Source: a virus | Taxonomy: Duplodnaviria; Caudoviricetes | Direction: 5' to 3' (one strand) | DNA length: 64,000 nucleotides | IMG/VR virus record: IMGVR_UViG_3300037962_000450 | Span: 1-64,000 of that record | Shown here: positions 16,443 through 25,570 of the stretch, in pieces | Layout of the letters: each line of letters starts with the position of its first letter | How positions within the stretch are numbered: the stretch's first letter is position 1 | The notes under the pieces: model-generated | What the model saw: the letters and a program-made list of their open reading frames with translations, nothing else | What the model was told of the DNA's origin: nothing | The model's database searches: none | Position numbers and translations under genes: made by a program

Positions 16443-16528
16443 CGTGTCACCCAAATAATCCAAGATCCAAAACTTGCAATGCTAATTGCACCAAACCAAA
16501 ACATATACTCGTTCAGCTTCTCTACCAT
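16439..16528 (-). CDS. 29-aa single-TM micropeptide
   Basis: MVEKLNEYMFWFGAISIASFGSWIIWVTR; GGAGGAAAG RBS. Confidence 0.52.
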   Translation of the reverse strand: MVEKLNEYMFWFGAISIASFGSWIIWVTR

Positions 16529-16678
16529 TCTTTCCTCCATGCGGCACGCTGTGCCTGTCTAGTTCTTTCCCGCTTGGGTCGGTTGTCATGCGCACCGCTT
16601 CCCGTTGTGTGTGGCGTGTGTCCCATTGCGGGTTTAATGTCACTCGCCTTGATTGTCAAAGTGATTTTGCTTTTCTTT

Positions 16679-17032
16679 TTACTCATCGTCCAACTCAATC
16701 CAACCGGCTTCGTCTGCCAGTTTGCAAAAGGTCAATTCATTCTTATAAAGCCTGTCCTCGTCCACATCGTATTCGATGCTTTCGTTGGCTTCCCATTGTT
16801 GGCGATACTTCTCGCATCGCTCTGCTTTCGCAGCCTTGTCAAGCTGGTGTTGACTTGGTTGCGTTGCTTCGCTGTGCATCGCCTCAAGTTCTGCGAGGGT
16901 ACGCACACCGTCACGATTGTTGCGGTATTCTTCCGGCAACAGGTGGTTCGGGACTTCGATACACTCCATGACCGCATCACGGAGTTCTGCGAGGAGTTTG
17001 CCGCCAACAGTGTTTGAAAATTCGTAACTCAT
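16679..17032 (-). CDS. hypothetical acidic protein
   Basis: MSYEFSNTVGG... after CGAAAGGGAAA RBS; promoter 17073-17101. Confidence 0.65.
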   Translation of the reverse strand: MSYEFSNTVGGKLLAELRDAVMECIEVPNHLLPEEYRNNRDGVRTLAELEAMHSEATQPSQHQLDKAAKAERCEKYRQQWEANESIEYDVDEDRLYKNELTFCKLADEAGWIELDDE

Positions 17033-17110
17033 AGTAGTTTCCCTTTCGTGGAATTGTCTTTCGTATGATTCTATTTTACCATACGCTGGTATATATGTCA
17101 AGCGAAATCG

Positions 17111-17221
17111 TTATTTTTTCTGAAGTTTTTTCAGCCGGTTGTGGTCTTGAATCTCGCTGTAAGCAGTCAAGAACAGGGGCGATAGAATCCAAGTCAGAAT
17201 GAGAGCAGTTGTAATATCCAT
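17111..17221 (-). CDS. 36-aa single-TM micropeptide with basic tail
   Basis: MDITTALILTWILSPLFLTAYSEIQDHNRLKKLQKK; own promoter and CGAAAGGAAAA RBS. Confidence 0.58.
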   Translation of the reverse strand: MDITTALILTWILSPLFLTAYSEIQDHNRLKKLQKK

Positions 17222-17351
17222 GATTTTCCTTTCGTGTTATGCCACCATTATACCATAATTATCGGCATTTGTCAAGGGGTGTCTCCACATTTTCTCGAAA
17301 AAAAATCAAAAAAATCCCCGCCGTTTTTTGCCTGCCCCCCAGCGGGGTGGA

Positions 17352-17618
17352 TCAGAATTCGTTATGCAGGTCACAGTCCCACACGTACATGTCGGCAGGC
17401 TCATCGTAGGCATCCTCCCACATCTCACCGTTGTACGGATCATCGTCGTCGTACAGGTTGTCGGAACGCATCCCTTCCTCCCACGCGATGGCTTCCTCTG
17501 TCCACTCGTACTGTTCGGCCTCCCATTCGGCCTGTGCCGCAAGAAGCTCCTCACGAGCTTCATACTGAGCGCATTCGGACAGTTCAACAGAAGTGATTTT
17601 TTCAAAGTGGTTACTCAT
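17352..17618 (-). CDS. very acidic Glu/Asp/Trp/Tyr-rich small protein
   Basis: EWEAEQYEWTEE...DDDDPYNGEMWEDAYDE; CGAAAGGAAA RBS; own promoter. Confidence 0.7.
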   Translation of the reverse strand: MSNHFEKITSVELSECAQYEAREELLAAQAEWEAEQYEWTEEAIAWEEGMRSDNLYDDDDPYNGEMWEDAYDEPADMYVWDCDLHNEF

Positions 17619-17714
17619 AGCAATTTCCTTTCGAGGAGTGAACTTGTTATGCCTACATTATAACATAAAGCAGGCCGGTTGTCAAGGGGAAAATTGGATT
17701 TTCTTGAAAGTTTT

Positions 17715-17789
17715 TTATTGGGCGTTCATAACCTCCGCACCAACAAGACCAATCAAACAAGCACCAATCAATAAAAATAAGAATGTCAT
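17715..17789 (-). CDS. 24-aa single-TM micropeptide
   Basis: MTFLFLLIGACLIGLVGAEVMNAQ; GAAAGGAG RBS; own promoter. Confidence 0.5.
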   Translation of the reverse strand: MTFLFLLIGACLIGLVGAEVMNAQ

Positions 17790-17945
17790 ATCTAACTCCT
17801 TTCATTCTATTATATATTATCGGCACTGTCAATAGCAAACCTTAACACAAAACTGAAAAAAACACAAAAAAAATCGAAAAACGCCGGGCCGTTTTTTGGC
17901 CTGTTTCCGAATGTCTGCCCGCCGTCCATCCGGCTGGATTGGCTA

Positions 17946-18059
17946 TTACAAACCGGCAAGAAGCCAACCGAATACAAAAGCAACCACGCACAGAATAACA
18001 GCCTTCCTTCCATCTGTAGGTTTCCAAGGGTCTCCGAACTCAACGTATGGCTCTACCAT
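17946..18059 (-). CDS. 37-aa single-TM micropeptide
   Basis: MVEPYVEFGDPWKPTDGRKAVILCVVAFVFGWLLAGL; CGAAAGGAG RBS. Confidence 0.55.
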   Translation of the reverse strand: MVEPYVEFGDPWKPTDGRKAVILCVVAFVFGWLLAGL

Positions 18060-18172
18060 TGCGGCTCCTTTCGTAATGTGTAAATAATATAACCAAGTGC
18101 AGCAGCCGACAAGAGCAGCCACCACGGTGACATATCATCACCAACAATCCAATGGAAAATATTCTCAGGCAT
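18053..18172 (-). CDS. 39-aa single-TM micropeptide
   Basis: MPENIFHWIVGDDMSPWWLLLSAAALGYIIYTLRKEPQW; overlaps both neighbours. Confidence 0.48.
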   Translation of the reverse strand: MPENIFHWIVGDDMSPWWLLLSAAALGYIIYTLRKEPQW

Positions 18173-18392
18173 GTGATCGCAATCCTACAAGGTAATCGGC
18201 TTCAATCCTACACAGATCAGCGGGATACGATCCCATCTCATACGTGTCCGCTTCCACTACTAGAATCAAAGGTGACTCATCTTGATCGCATGATTCTATT
18301 TCTGGGTGATCGAGAATAAACCACGCAGCCGCCTGAAAAAGCGATTCCGCATTGTACCATTCTGTAATTCCACAGTATTGACATCTAAACAT
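18165..18392 (-). CDS. hypothetical protein with CxxC
   Basis: MFRCQYCG...; AAAGGAAAA RBS. Confidence 0.55.
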   Translation of the reverse strand: MFRCQYCGITEWYNAESLFQAAAWFILDHPEIESCDQDESPLILVVEADTYEMGSYPADLCRIEADYLVGLRSHA

Positions 18393-18471
18393 TTGTTTTC
18401 CTTTTCGATTCTTCTGTTTTCAATTCTCTGTGCCTCTCTTGCGAGTTGCATTATATGGCAGCGTCTCATTC

Positions 18472-18723
18472 TCATACTTCATCCTCCCACAGGGTAAAGC
18501 AACCTCTAGCCTCACCAGCCGATAGCACTTGATAGCACACGCCTGTGTCACTGATAGATATACTAAACAAACGCTCATCACCCTGAAACAGGTCGATAGT
18601 ACGCAAACCCTTTTTGGGTATCGTGTCTAGCTCGAAGGTACACGTTCCTTCTTCGTGATTAGTAACAGCGCCAACATTCTCATAACTAACGTGGTTCGTT
18701 GGGTAGTTTCTAGTTTTGCTCAT
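18472..18723 (-). CDS. hypothetical protein
   Basis: CGAAAGGAAA RBS, promoter 18751-18778. Confidence 0.65.
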   Translation of the reverse strand: MSKTRNYPTNHVSYENVGAVTNHEEGTCTFELDTIPKKGLRTIDLFQGDERLFSISISDTGVCYQVLSAGEARGCFTLWEDEV

Positions 18724-18781
18724 TTTATTTCCTTTCGTTCTATACTATATATTTTACAATACGATTGCCGAATGTCAAGCC

Positions 18782-19051
18782 CTACCCGCTAGAATCTACA
18801 TCGTAGGTAATACCACACTCTTTACAAGTGTGATTGTGGTAACAGTTACCCTTGCGGATAACTATCATGTCATAACGCCGAGTCATCTCTTGGCGTTTTC
18901 TTGGTGTGCTACCAATGCACTTACCATTGTCATCATACTTATACTCCATGTAGCACATGGTTGTTTCGTACTCAGTACCACACTCAGCAAGGTGCTTAGT
19001 GTATTCTTTTGGTTGGGTCTTCCAACCGTTTGCAGTTCCTAGTTGAATCAT
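18782..19051 (-). CDS. Cys/His-rich hypothetical protein
   Basis: ...GNCYHNHTCKECGITYDVDSSG; CGAAAGGAAAG RBS. Confidence 0.68.
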   Translation of the reverse strand: MIQLGTANGWKTQPKEYTKHLAECGTEYETTMCYMEYKYDDNGKCIGSTPRKRQEMTRRYDMIVIRKGNCYHNHTCKECGITYDVDSSG

Positions 19052-19166
19052 AATCTTTCCTTTCGATTAACTTCTTATCTATATATATTATCGGCACTTG
19101 CCGGTTGAGAGTTTAACCTTTTCTCTCATTTTCTTATAATATATTATACCATACCCCTGTGACACG

Positions 19167-19379
19167 TTAGGTCACTGGAACGTACTTTCCGACAATTTTT
19201 CTCCACTTTCTCATAACATAATCATATTTGCCCTGACATTCAACGGTTCCCATAGATGAGCCGGTTGAGCCAACCCAAGTGGTAATGGCATACTTGCCGG
19301 TTCGGTTGCATCGCACCATGTAACGCATTCCGGTTGGCGTTTCCTTGGTCAGTCTGATTTCATAAGCTACGTAATTCAT
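19167..19379 (-). CDS. hypothetical protein
   Basis: CGAAAGGAAA RBS, promoter 19408-19436. Confidence 0.65.
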   Translation of the reverse strand: MNYVAYEIRLTKETPTGMRYMVRCNRTGKYAITTWVGSTGSSMGTVECQGKYDYVMRKWRKIVGKYVPVT

Positions 19380-19622
19380 TTCATTTCCTTTCGATTAAGA
19401 TAACCCCATTATAACATATATCGACCAGTTTGTCAAGTAAAATCCAGTCTAATCTCTCATTTTGTGGAAAATAAACAAAGTTTTCTCTTACTGAGACTGA
19501 ATCTCAAAAGCTAAAAATGCCCGGCCTTTTTTGTCGCTCACTTCTTTCCCTTCTTGTTGCTAGAGAGGCAGGGGATACAGATTCCTTTGTCAATAGGAAT
19601 CATCATAACCTTGCCGCATTTC

Positions 19623-19790
19623 TTACAAGGAAGATTGTTTGAGACTTTGATAACTTTCGGATTCATATTTCGCAAGTTCCTTTTCTGCATTCTGTTTGAG
19701 TTCAAGCCATTCGGCGTAGTTGATGAAATATCCATCGTTGGCAATCTGACACAGCTCAACGTGCAATTCGTATTTCTCGAAGTCGGTCAT
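19623..19790 (-). CDS. 55-aa hypothetical protein
   Basis: MTDFEKYELHVELC...; ATGA-coupled to the upstream gene. Confidence 0.55.
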   Translation of the reverse strand: MTDFEKYELHVELCQIANDGYFINYAEWLELKQNAEKELAKYESESYQSLKQSSL

Positions 19791-19936
19791 TTGCACATTC
19801 CTTTCGCTCTCTCTGTACACTCTTTGAGCCAACCGCGATTGCTCGCGTTGCCCGTCCAAACCTGCACGACTTCACCGGCAGAATTGAAAACGCGGACTGC
19901 CCAGTGCCGACTGTAGTGTTGAACCTGAAACGTCAT
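19787..19936 (-). CDS. 49-aa hypothetical protein
   Basis: MTFQVQHYSRHW... after GGAGG RBS; promoter 19975-20003. Confidence 0.55.
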   Translation of the reverse strand: MTFQVQHYSRHWAVRVFNSAGEVVQVWTGNASNRGWLKECTERAKGMCK

Positions 19937-20108
19937 TCTGAAACCTCCAAAAGTGATTGACTTGTGATACGGGTATTGTATCATATATATCGACACATTG
20001 CAAGCCCAGCAGCCAGTTATTTAGGGAAAGTTCTCAAAAAAAAAGAAAAACGCGGGGCGTTTTTTGCCCGCCTTCCCCCCTGTGTCCCTGCGCCCTGTAA
20101 GGGATTGG

Positions 20109-20363
20109 TTAGGCTAGTACATCATCAGCCCACGCCCAGCCAATCGGCGGCATCAGGTCGTGTAGTTGTGTGGTGTAGCTGATAGCGTAGGCGTCTATGT
20201 CTGACTGTGCTATGCTACCATACTCTACCACATCACCACATACTAACGCCCAACCTATACCATTCTCATCGGGTAGCTCTGTGATGTAGTACTCCCACAT
20301 GTTGCTAAGCATTACATGGGCTACTACGTTCAGCCTCTGATCGTTTCGTGTGATTGGTCTCAT
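20109..20363 (-). CDS. hypothetical protein, DUF2958-like
   Basis: WEYYITE...GWALVCG..VEYGSI resembles the W.WY..E...fGlV.G.e.ElGy pattern; GGAGAG RBS. Confidence 0.45.
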   Translation of the reverse strand: MRPITRNDQRLNVVAHVMLSNMWEYYITELPDENGIGWALVCGDVVEYGSIAQSDIDAYAISYTTQLHDLMPPIGWAWADDVLA

Positions 20364-20585
20364 GGTGTACTCTCCTGTGTACTGTGTTGTGTGTGCTTGT
20401 AGGGGATTGGTTGGGGTGAGACTATGCCGCTTCCATGCTATACTCATAGTCTGCATGTATTAGCTCATTGCTATAGAATACAGGTATCCCATCAATCTGC
20501 AATTCGTAGTGTTCACAGTGTAGGTTATGCACTAACTCAATCAGTGTACTGTCAACCCACATTGATTTGATAATTACAAAGTCGT

Positions 20586-20864
20586 TCATGATGGCATTAC
20601 TCCTTCAAGAATTCCACCCTGAGCCGAAATCTCAGCCAGCACAACCTCAACCGGCACGTATGGGTAAACGGTCTCTGTATAAAGCTCAGTACCGCACAAC
20701 TCTGCGAACTCTCGCAGCTCTTTAGTTTTGGGTGTAGTGCTAGGGAAACCACACTCAACCGTTAACAGCCTGCCACCCTCGCGCCGAGAGTATGCACCAC
20801 TGTGAGCCTGCACGCTGATGCTGAACCCACTCTGGCAGGTAATTCTAGGATTGAACTCGATCAT
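20586..20864 (-). CDS. conserved hypothetical phage protein
   Basis: ITCQSGFSISVQA...VECGFPS...TETVYPYVP pattern; CGAAAGGAAAA RBS. Confidence 0.72.
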   Translation of the reverse strand: MIEFNPRITCQSGFSISVQAHSGAYSRREGGRLLTVECGFPSTTPKTKELREFAELCGTELYTETVYPYVPVEVVLAEISAQGGILEGVMPS

Positions 20865-20917
20865 AATTTTTCCTTTCGTTTCTATCTATTATACTAAACG
20901 ATTGCCGAATGTCAAGC

Positions 20918-21226
20918 CTAGCTTGCCACCCATTCGTGCAATGACGCTTCATCCCACTTGCGCGGGAAGCCGGAAGCATCGCAGTCGCTAGGGCAACCGC
21001 ACTGAATCCACACCTTAGCGGAGTTGAGCAACTCACTCAACTTAGCATATGGTGAGTAGTTGAATACCATAGCGTTACCGATTGGATCAATAACGTAGGC
21101 GATCAACTTAACGAGGACAACGTTGCCCTCTGGATCAAGTTCGCTGATCTTGTCAACCCAAAGGCTATGATCCTCAAGCCCGTAGTTCTCAGCATTAAAA
21201 ATGTTTTTAACAGCTTCAGTTTTCAT
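20918..21226 (-). CDS. hypothetical protein
   Basis: CGAAAGGAAAA RBS, promoter 21257-21285. Confidence 0.68.
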   Translation of the reverse strand: MKTEAVKNIFNAENYGLEDHSLWVDKISELDPEGNVVLVKLIAYVIDPIGNAMVFNYSPYAKLSELLNSAKVWIQCGCPSDCDASGFPRKWDEASLHEWVAS

Positions 21227-21298
21227 CTTAGTTTTCCTTTCGATTAAGATGCTTTCATTATACTATATATATCGGCATTTGTCAAGGGGTATCTTGAA

Positions 21299-21406
21299 TT
21301 ATTTTCCAAGAATATTAAAATAAATTATGTGTGCCCCTAGTGAAGCGAATGCCATAAGCACGCCAGCCGATACGATGATCTTGGATAAAATTTCAATTTG
21401 TTGCAT
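21299..21406 (-). CDS. 35-aa single-TM micropeptide, first gene of the early region
   Basis: MQQIEILSKIIVSAGVLMAFASLGAHIIYFNILGK; CGAAAGGA RBS; promoter 21441-21469. Confidence 0.55.
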   Translation of the reverse strand: MQQIEILSKIIVSAGVLMAFASLGAHIIYFNILGK

Positions 21407-21737
21407 TTGTCTTAATCCTTTCGTTGATTGTTATACTAGTAGTATATCATATATATCGTCATTTGTCAAGGGCAATCTTGAGTTTTTTTGAAAAAAACCC
21501 GAAAAAAAACGGCCAGTCAATTTTCTTGTGTCGCCCTGTGTCACGCGAAAAGTGCTATAGGGGTGGTTTTATCTTCAGAAATCACTTGACTCTCCAAAGC
21601 TAAAAAGTTAGGGGTGGTTCAGACAAAATTAGCCAGCTTTTCTGTTTATGTATTACCTAAACCTCCCCAATCGGCCCCATGTTTCTGCCGAGTAATTTGC
21701 CAGATTTTGGTATTGTTATGTTTTTGTTGCTTTTTCA

Positions 21738-21746
21738 GTGTATAAT
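21738..21746 (+). promoter_or_regulatory. late-type promoter GTGTATAAT
   Basis: Same motif at 28711, 41014, 52670 (GTGTATAAT) and 30909, 34052 (GTGTATATA), each at the head of a structural operon. Confidence 0.7.
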
Positions 21747-21784
21747 ATTCTAGATAAATCATTCCAATTAAAAAGGAAATCAAT

Positions 21785-21964
21785 ATGACTGATTGTGACA
21801 AATCTGATTGTGGCTGCAAGGGAAAGAAAGTAGAATCAACCTTAGAGGTTAAAGCTACCGCGTCTCTCCACGAAGAGATCGTAGGTGATATGAGTATGGA
21901 AGACGCTCCGCTAGAGGAACTTCTTGCTGAACAGGAGTCTAAGGATGCACGAGAAGAAGGCTAA
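21785..21964 (+). CDS. 59-aa hypothetical protein
   Basis: MTDCDKSDCGCKGKK...; AAAAGGAAA RBS. Confidence 0.6.
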   Translation: MTDCDKSDCGCKGKKVESTLEVKATASLHEEIVGDMSMEDAPLEELLAEQESKDAREEG

Positions 21965-22772
21965 GTACCGTATTGGTGCTATGGAAGTAGGGTGGACAGA
22001 TAAGGATGTAATCGGAGGCCCCATAGAACTGCTAGGCCCCGAGGCAATACCAGACGTTCATAATCTGAAAATGATCACCGGCGTGGAAACCGCCGTAGAT
22101 AGGTCGGGCTTCTGTAAGGAGAAGTGTGGTTTTGAAAAGATTGTGGGCTTCGATCACTATTTCTATTACCAGATAGAAGATTGGCACGACAAACACACGG
22201 TAGTCTCTGAACGAGGTCTAGGCTATATAGAGGAGAAGGACGGTAAGACGTTCTTAATAAGACACAACCCCGTCGCCTACAGAGACCAAAACGGTGTTCA
22301 GTATCCTTTACCAAAAGGAATGTATGCCGATCTAGGTGGAGGCGCGTATATACTAGCTTATACCATCCCGCCGCCCACATATATTGAAGCTCTCGCCATT
22401 CCTCACTCGCTGATAGCGTCTACATCTGAGGGAAACCCAACACCCGTAGAACTTGAGCCAAACACACTCTTAGGAAGAATGGATAATGTAGTACAAGCAA
22501 TCGACTCTGATGAGTTGATGAGAATAGTTGGAGACAAAGTAGTTGACCCACTGATTAATTCACAAAAACAACTCGACTTAAAGGCAAGACACTTAAGGCT
22601 AACCAGAAAAAATTCCTCCGTAGCCTCGCCAATAGTTAGGTTATTACCACAAGAAGTAGATGACAAAACGCCACGCCAAAGAGGTAGTATCATTTTCAAC
22701 TCACAGACTAACCGCTTACAGTGTTATGACGGAGAGAAATGGAGAACCATAGCGTGGGAAGAGGAGGAATAA
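21945..22772 (+). CDS. hypothetical protein with tail-fibre-like C-terminal motif
   Basis: RGSIIFNSQTNRLQCYDGEKW motif; coupled to both neighbours. Confidence 0.6.
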   Translation: MHEKKAKYRIGAMEVGWTDKDVIGGPIELLGPEAIPDVHNLKMITGVETAVDRSGFCKEKCGFEKIVGFDHYFYYQIEDWHDKHTVVSERGLGYIEEKDGKTFLIRHNPVAYRDQNGVQYPLPKGMYADLGGGAYILAYTIPPPTYIEALAIPHSLIASTSEGNPTPVELEPNTLLGRMDNVVQAIDSDELMRIVGDKVVDPLINSQKQLDLKARHLRLTRKNSSVASPIVRLLPQEVDDKTPRQRGSIIFNSQTNRLQCYDGEKWRTIAWEEEE

Positions 22773-22773
22773 T

Positions 22774-23268
22774 ATGCACGTCCCACCAAATATGACAGAG
22801 GAACAAACTTTAGCAGAGATCACAAAGGTTATTGACAGAATCGCCCCAAGATATACTTTTTACGGGTACGAACTGGATGATATCAAACAAGAGTCTTTTA
22901 TTATTTGCGCAGATGCATTACCTCGTTACGACGCAACTCGCCCTCTTGAAAACTTCTTAGCCGTGCATCTCTCTAACCGTCTCAAAAACTTTGTCAGAGA
23001 CAACCACTTCATTAAAGGTGAGGATGAAAAGAAGAAGATTGTCATGCCCGGCCAATTGGTTAATGAACAAACTATATTAGACGATAGAGAAGAAAAAGAC
23101 AACATTTTAGATTACTCAGAGATGACTTCTGCGGTAGATCGCAAATTACCAGCAGAATATAGATCAGATTACTTAAAGATAATAAATGATGTATATGTAC
23201 CTAAGAAAAGAAAAGAAGAAGTACTAGGTCTTATACATGAAATACTAGAGGAAGGTGGACATGCGTAA
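22774..23268 (+). CDS. sigma70-family RNA polymerase sigma factor (short; probable late sigma)
   Basis: Region 2 pattern ELDDIKQESFII...LPRYDATRPLENFLAVHLSNRLKNFVRD; region 4 only partial. Confidence 0.72.
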   Translation: MHVPPNMTEEQTLAEITKVIDRIAPRYTFYGYELDDIKQESFIICADALPRYDATRPLENFLAVHLSNRLKNFVRDNHFIKGEDEKKKIVMPGQLVNEQTILDDREEKDNILDYSEMTSAVDRKLPAEYRSDYLKIINDVYVPKKRKEEVLGLIHEILEEGGHA

Positions 23269-24046
23269 AGGAAGGCTCTCAAAGCCCGAAACGAAGTTTA
23301 TCACTGATAATGCCGACACCATGACGGTAGAAGAGATAGCACAGGAGTTAGACCGTGACCCCTCATCTATCGAAACGTTCATAAAAAGAAAACTCCGCCT
23401 AGGGTTGTCAGCAGAAGAGGAAGTAGCTTACACCTTAGAGGAGCGACCATACTGGTCCGAATTGAAGCAACAGTTCACAGGAGACGAGCTGGAGCTTGTA
23501 AAATATCACTGGGGCAGAATTATCTCACAGTTCAAGGATGACGTATTCCCCACAGAAGAATTGCAGGTGGTAGATGTAATCAAGCTTGAGATACTTATGA
23601 ATAGGGGCTTGAAGCAGAATAAGGAAAACATAGACCAGATAGGGGTCTTTGAAAAACTTATTCAAGAGGAACGGGCAATGGACCCTGACCAGCAGGACAG
23701 AGATTATATACTAAACTTGGAGCGTCAGACCGCGACTTTACGTGCAGCACAGGAGTCACTCAACAGAGATTACAGAGACCTTCAAACAAAGAAGAACTCC
23801 ATGTTGAAAGAGATGAAAGCTACTCGTGAACAAAGGATCAGGAGATTAGAGGATTCGAGACAGTCTTTTACTGGTTGGATAGCACATCTGATTCAAAATC
23901 CAGAGATAATGAAACAATATGGTTTAGAGATGGAAAAGATGAGACTTGCGATGGAAGGGGAAAAGCAAAGACTCTCTGAATACCATAAATACGATGACGG
24001 AATCGTAGACCAACCCTTCTTGACACCCGACACTGTAAAGGACTAA
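23261..24046 (+). CDS. HTH plus coiled-coil protein, possible terminase small subunit
   Basis: N-terminal TVEEIAQELDRDPSSIETFI HTH; long coiled coil; upstream of the terminase large subunit. Confidence 0.4.
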   Translation: MRKGRLSKPETKFITDNADTMTVEEIAQELDRDPSSIETFIKRKLRLGLSAEEEVAYTLEERPYWSELKQQFTGDELELVKYHWGRIISQFKDDVFPTEELQVVDVIKLEILMNRGLKQNKENIDQIGVFEKLIQEERAMDPDQQDRDYILNLERQTATLRAAQESLNRDYRDLQTKKNSMLKEMKATREQRIRRLEDSRQSFTGWIAHLIQNPEIMKQYGLEMEKMRLAMEGEKQRLSEYHKYDDGIVDQPFLTPDTVKD

Positions 24047-24061
24047 TCGGAAAGGATAATA

Positions 24062-25063
24062 ATGAAAAAGGCTATAATTTTTGGAGTAACGGGGCAGGAT
24101 GGAAGCCACCTCCTCGACCTACTACTATCGAAGGGCTATGAAGTGATAGGCGTAGCCAGAAGATGCAGTGTAGACACTAGCGAGAGAATAAAGAATCGTT
24201 TAGAATGTCCACACTTCAATCTGGTGCATGGGGATATAACAGATGCGAGCAGCGTGATGAATATCCTTAGAAATAACGAGGATGTAGATGAAATCTATAA
24301 TCTAGCAGCGCAATCGCATGTTGGTGTATCTTTTAAACAACCCGGACTCACATGGGATATAACAGGCAAGGGCTGCTTTAACATCTTACAAAGCATCGTC
24401 GATCTTGGTATGTTCGGGTCTAGGTTCTATCAAGCGTCGTCCAGCGAAATGTTTGGCGACTCCTACGACATAGATAAAGATGGGGAAAAGGTACAGAACG
24501 AGAACACCAAGTTTTTACCACAGTCTCCATACGCCATTGCTAAATGTGCTGCGCATTATGCCGTAAGACTTTTTAGAGAAGCTTATGGTCTGCATGCCAG
24601 TGCTGGAATACTATTTAACCACGAGGGAGAAAGAAGGGGCGAGACTTTCGTCACCCGAAAGATAACCAAGTGGATAGGTGATTGGCATAAGACTGGCTAC
24701 GACAAAAATTTTCCGAAACTCCGTTTAGGTAACTTAGAAGCGTTCCGGGATTGGGGATATGCCGGAGACTATGTTAGGGCTATGTGGTTAATGCTACAGC
24801 AAGAGCAGCCTGACGACTATGTAATATGCACAGGTAAAACTCATACAATCAGGGAATTCTTAGATTGCGCGTTTGGTCATATAGGTATCGAAGACTGGGA
24901 AGAACATGTTGTTATAGACCCGGAATTCTACAGACCTGCGGAAGTTGACTACCTACGAGGTGATTGTTCAAAAGCTAAGGAAAAACTGGAATGGGAACCA
25001 GAGTGCAACCTAGAGGATCTTGTAAAGATCATGGTGGAGCACGATGTAAATGCTAATATATAA
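24062..25063 (+). CDS. gmd: GDP-mannose 4,6-dehydratase
   Basis: GVTGQDGSHL, YNLAAQSHV, FYQASSSEMFG, PQSPYAIAK, GILFNHE, RDWGYAGDYV, RPAEVDYLRGD. Confidence 0.96.
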   Translation: MKKAIIFGVTGQDGSHLLDLLLSKGYEVIGVARRCSVDTSERIKNRLECPHFNLVHGDITDASSVMNILRNNEDVDEIYNLAAQSHVGVSFKQPGLTWDITGKGCFNILQSIVDLGMFGSRFYQASSSEMFGDSYDIDKDGEKVQNENTKFLPQSPYAIAKCAAHYAVRLFREAYGLHASAGILFNHEGERRGETFVTRKITKWIGDWHKTGYDKNFPKLRLGNLEAFRDWGYAGDYVRAMWLMLQQEQPDDYVICTGKTHTIREFLDCAFGHIGIEDWEEHVVIDPEFYRPAEVDYLRGDCSKAKEKLEWEPECNLEDLVKIMVEHDVNANI

Positions 25064-25298
25064 AGTTTATCTCGACCTCTCTTTAGTTATTAGCAGACTG
25101 AGAGAGTTCCAATTGATGGAATACAATTCAGCTTTTCCTATTGTATTTATGGAAGCTAGCAATCCAGACGATGCTTGCTTTAAAGCTGTTTACACACTTA
25201 TTCAGATGATATTAAAACAAAGCAATACCGTTGAGACTAGAATATTGTGTAGGAGTATCAAAAGAGACATCAGAGTAATAAAGGCTTTATGCAGATGA
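25050..25298 (+). CDS. hypothetical protein
   Basis: Overlaps both neighbours in the operon. Confidence 0.55.
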   Translation: MLIYKVYLDLSLVISRLREFQLMEYNSAFPIVFMEASNPDDACFKAVYTLIQMILKQSNTVETRILCRSIKRDIRVIKALCR

Positions 25299-25570
25299 GA
25301 AGAAACTATCAAGACCCTACATACAAGGCTTGGAGAAGTAAGGTATACAGGAGAGATAAGTTTAAGTGCCAGATGCCCGGATGCAAGTCTAAGTATCAGA
25401 TTCAGGCACATCATATAAAGAAATGGTCAGAAGCTTCTACCTTGAGGTACGATGTAAACAATGGTATAACATTGTGCCGTAATTGCCACGACTCTATTAA
25501 TGGTATGGAGTCGCACTATGAAGTATTATTCAACGATATAGTGAGTGCAAAAAATGGGAAATTACACTAA
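25289..25570 (+). CDS. HNH endonuclease
   Basis: RDKFKCQMPGC...AHHI...NNGITLCRNCH. Confidence 0.9.
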   Translation: MQMRRNYQDPTYKAWRSKVYRRDKFKCQMPGCKSKYQIQAHHIKKWSEASTLRYDVNNGITLCRNCHDSINGMESHYEVLFNDIVSAKNGKLH

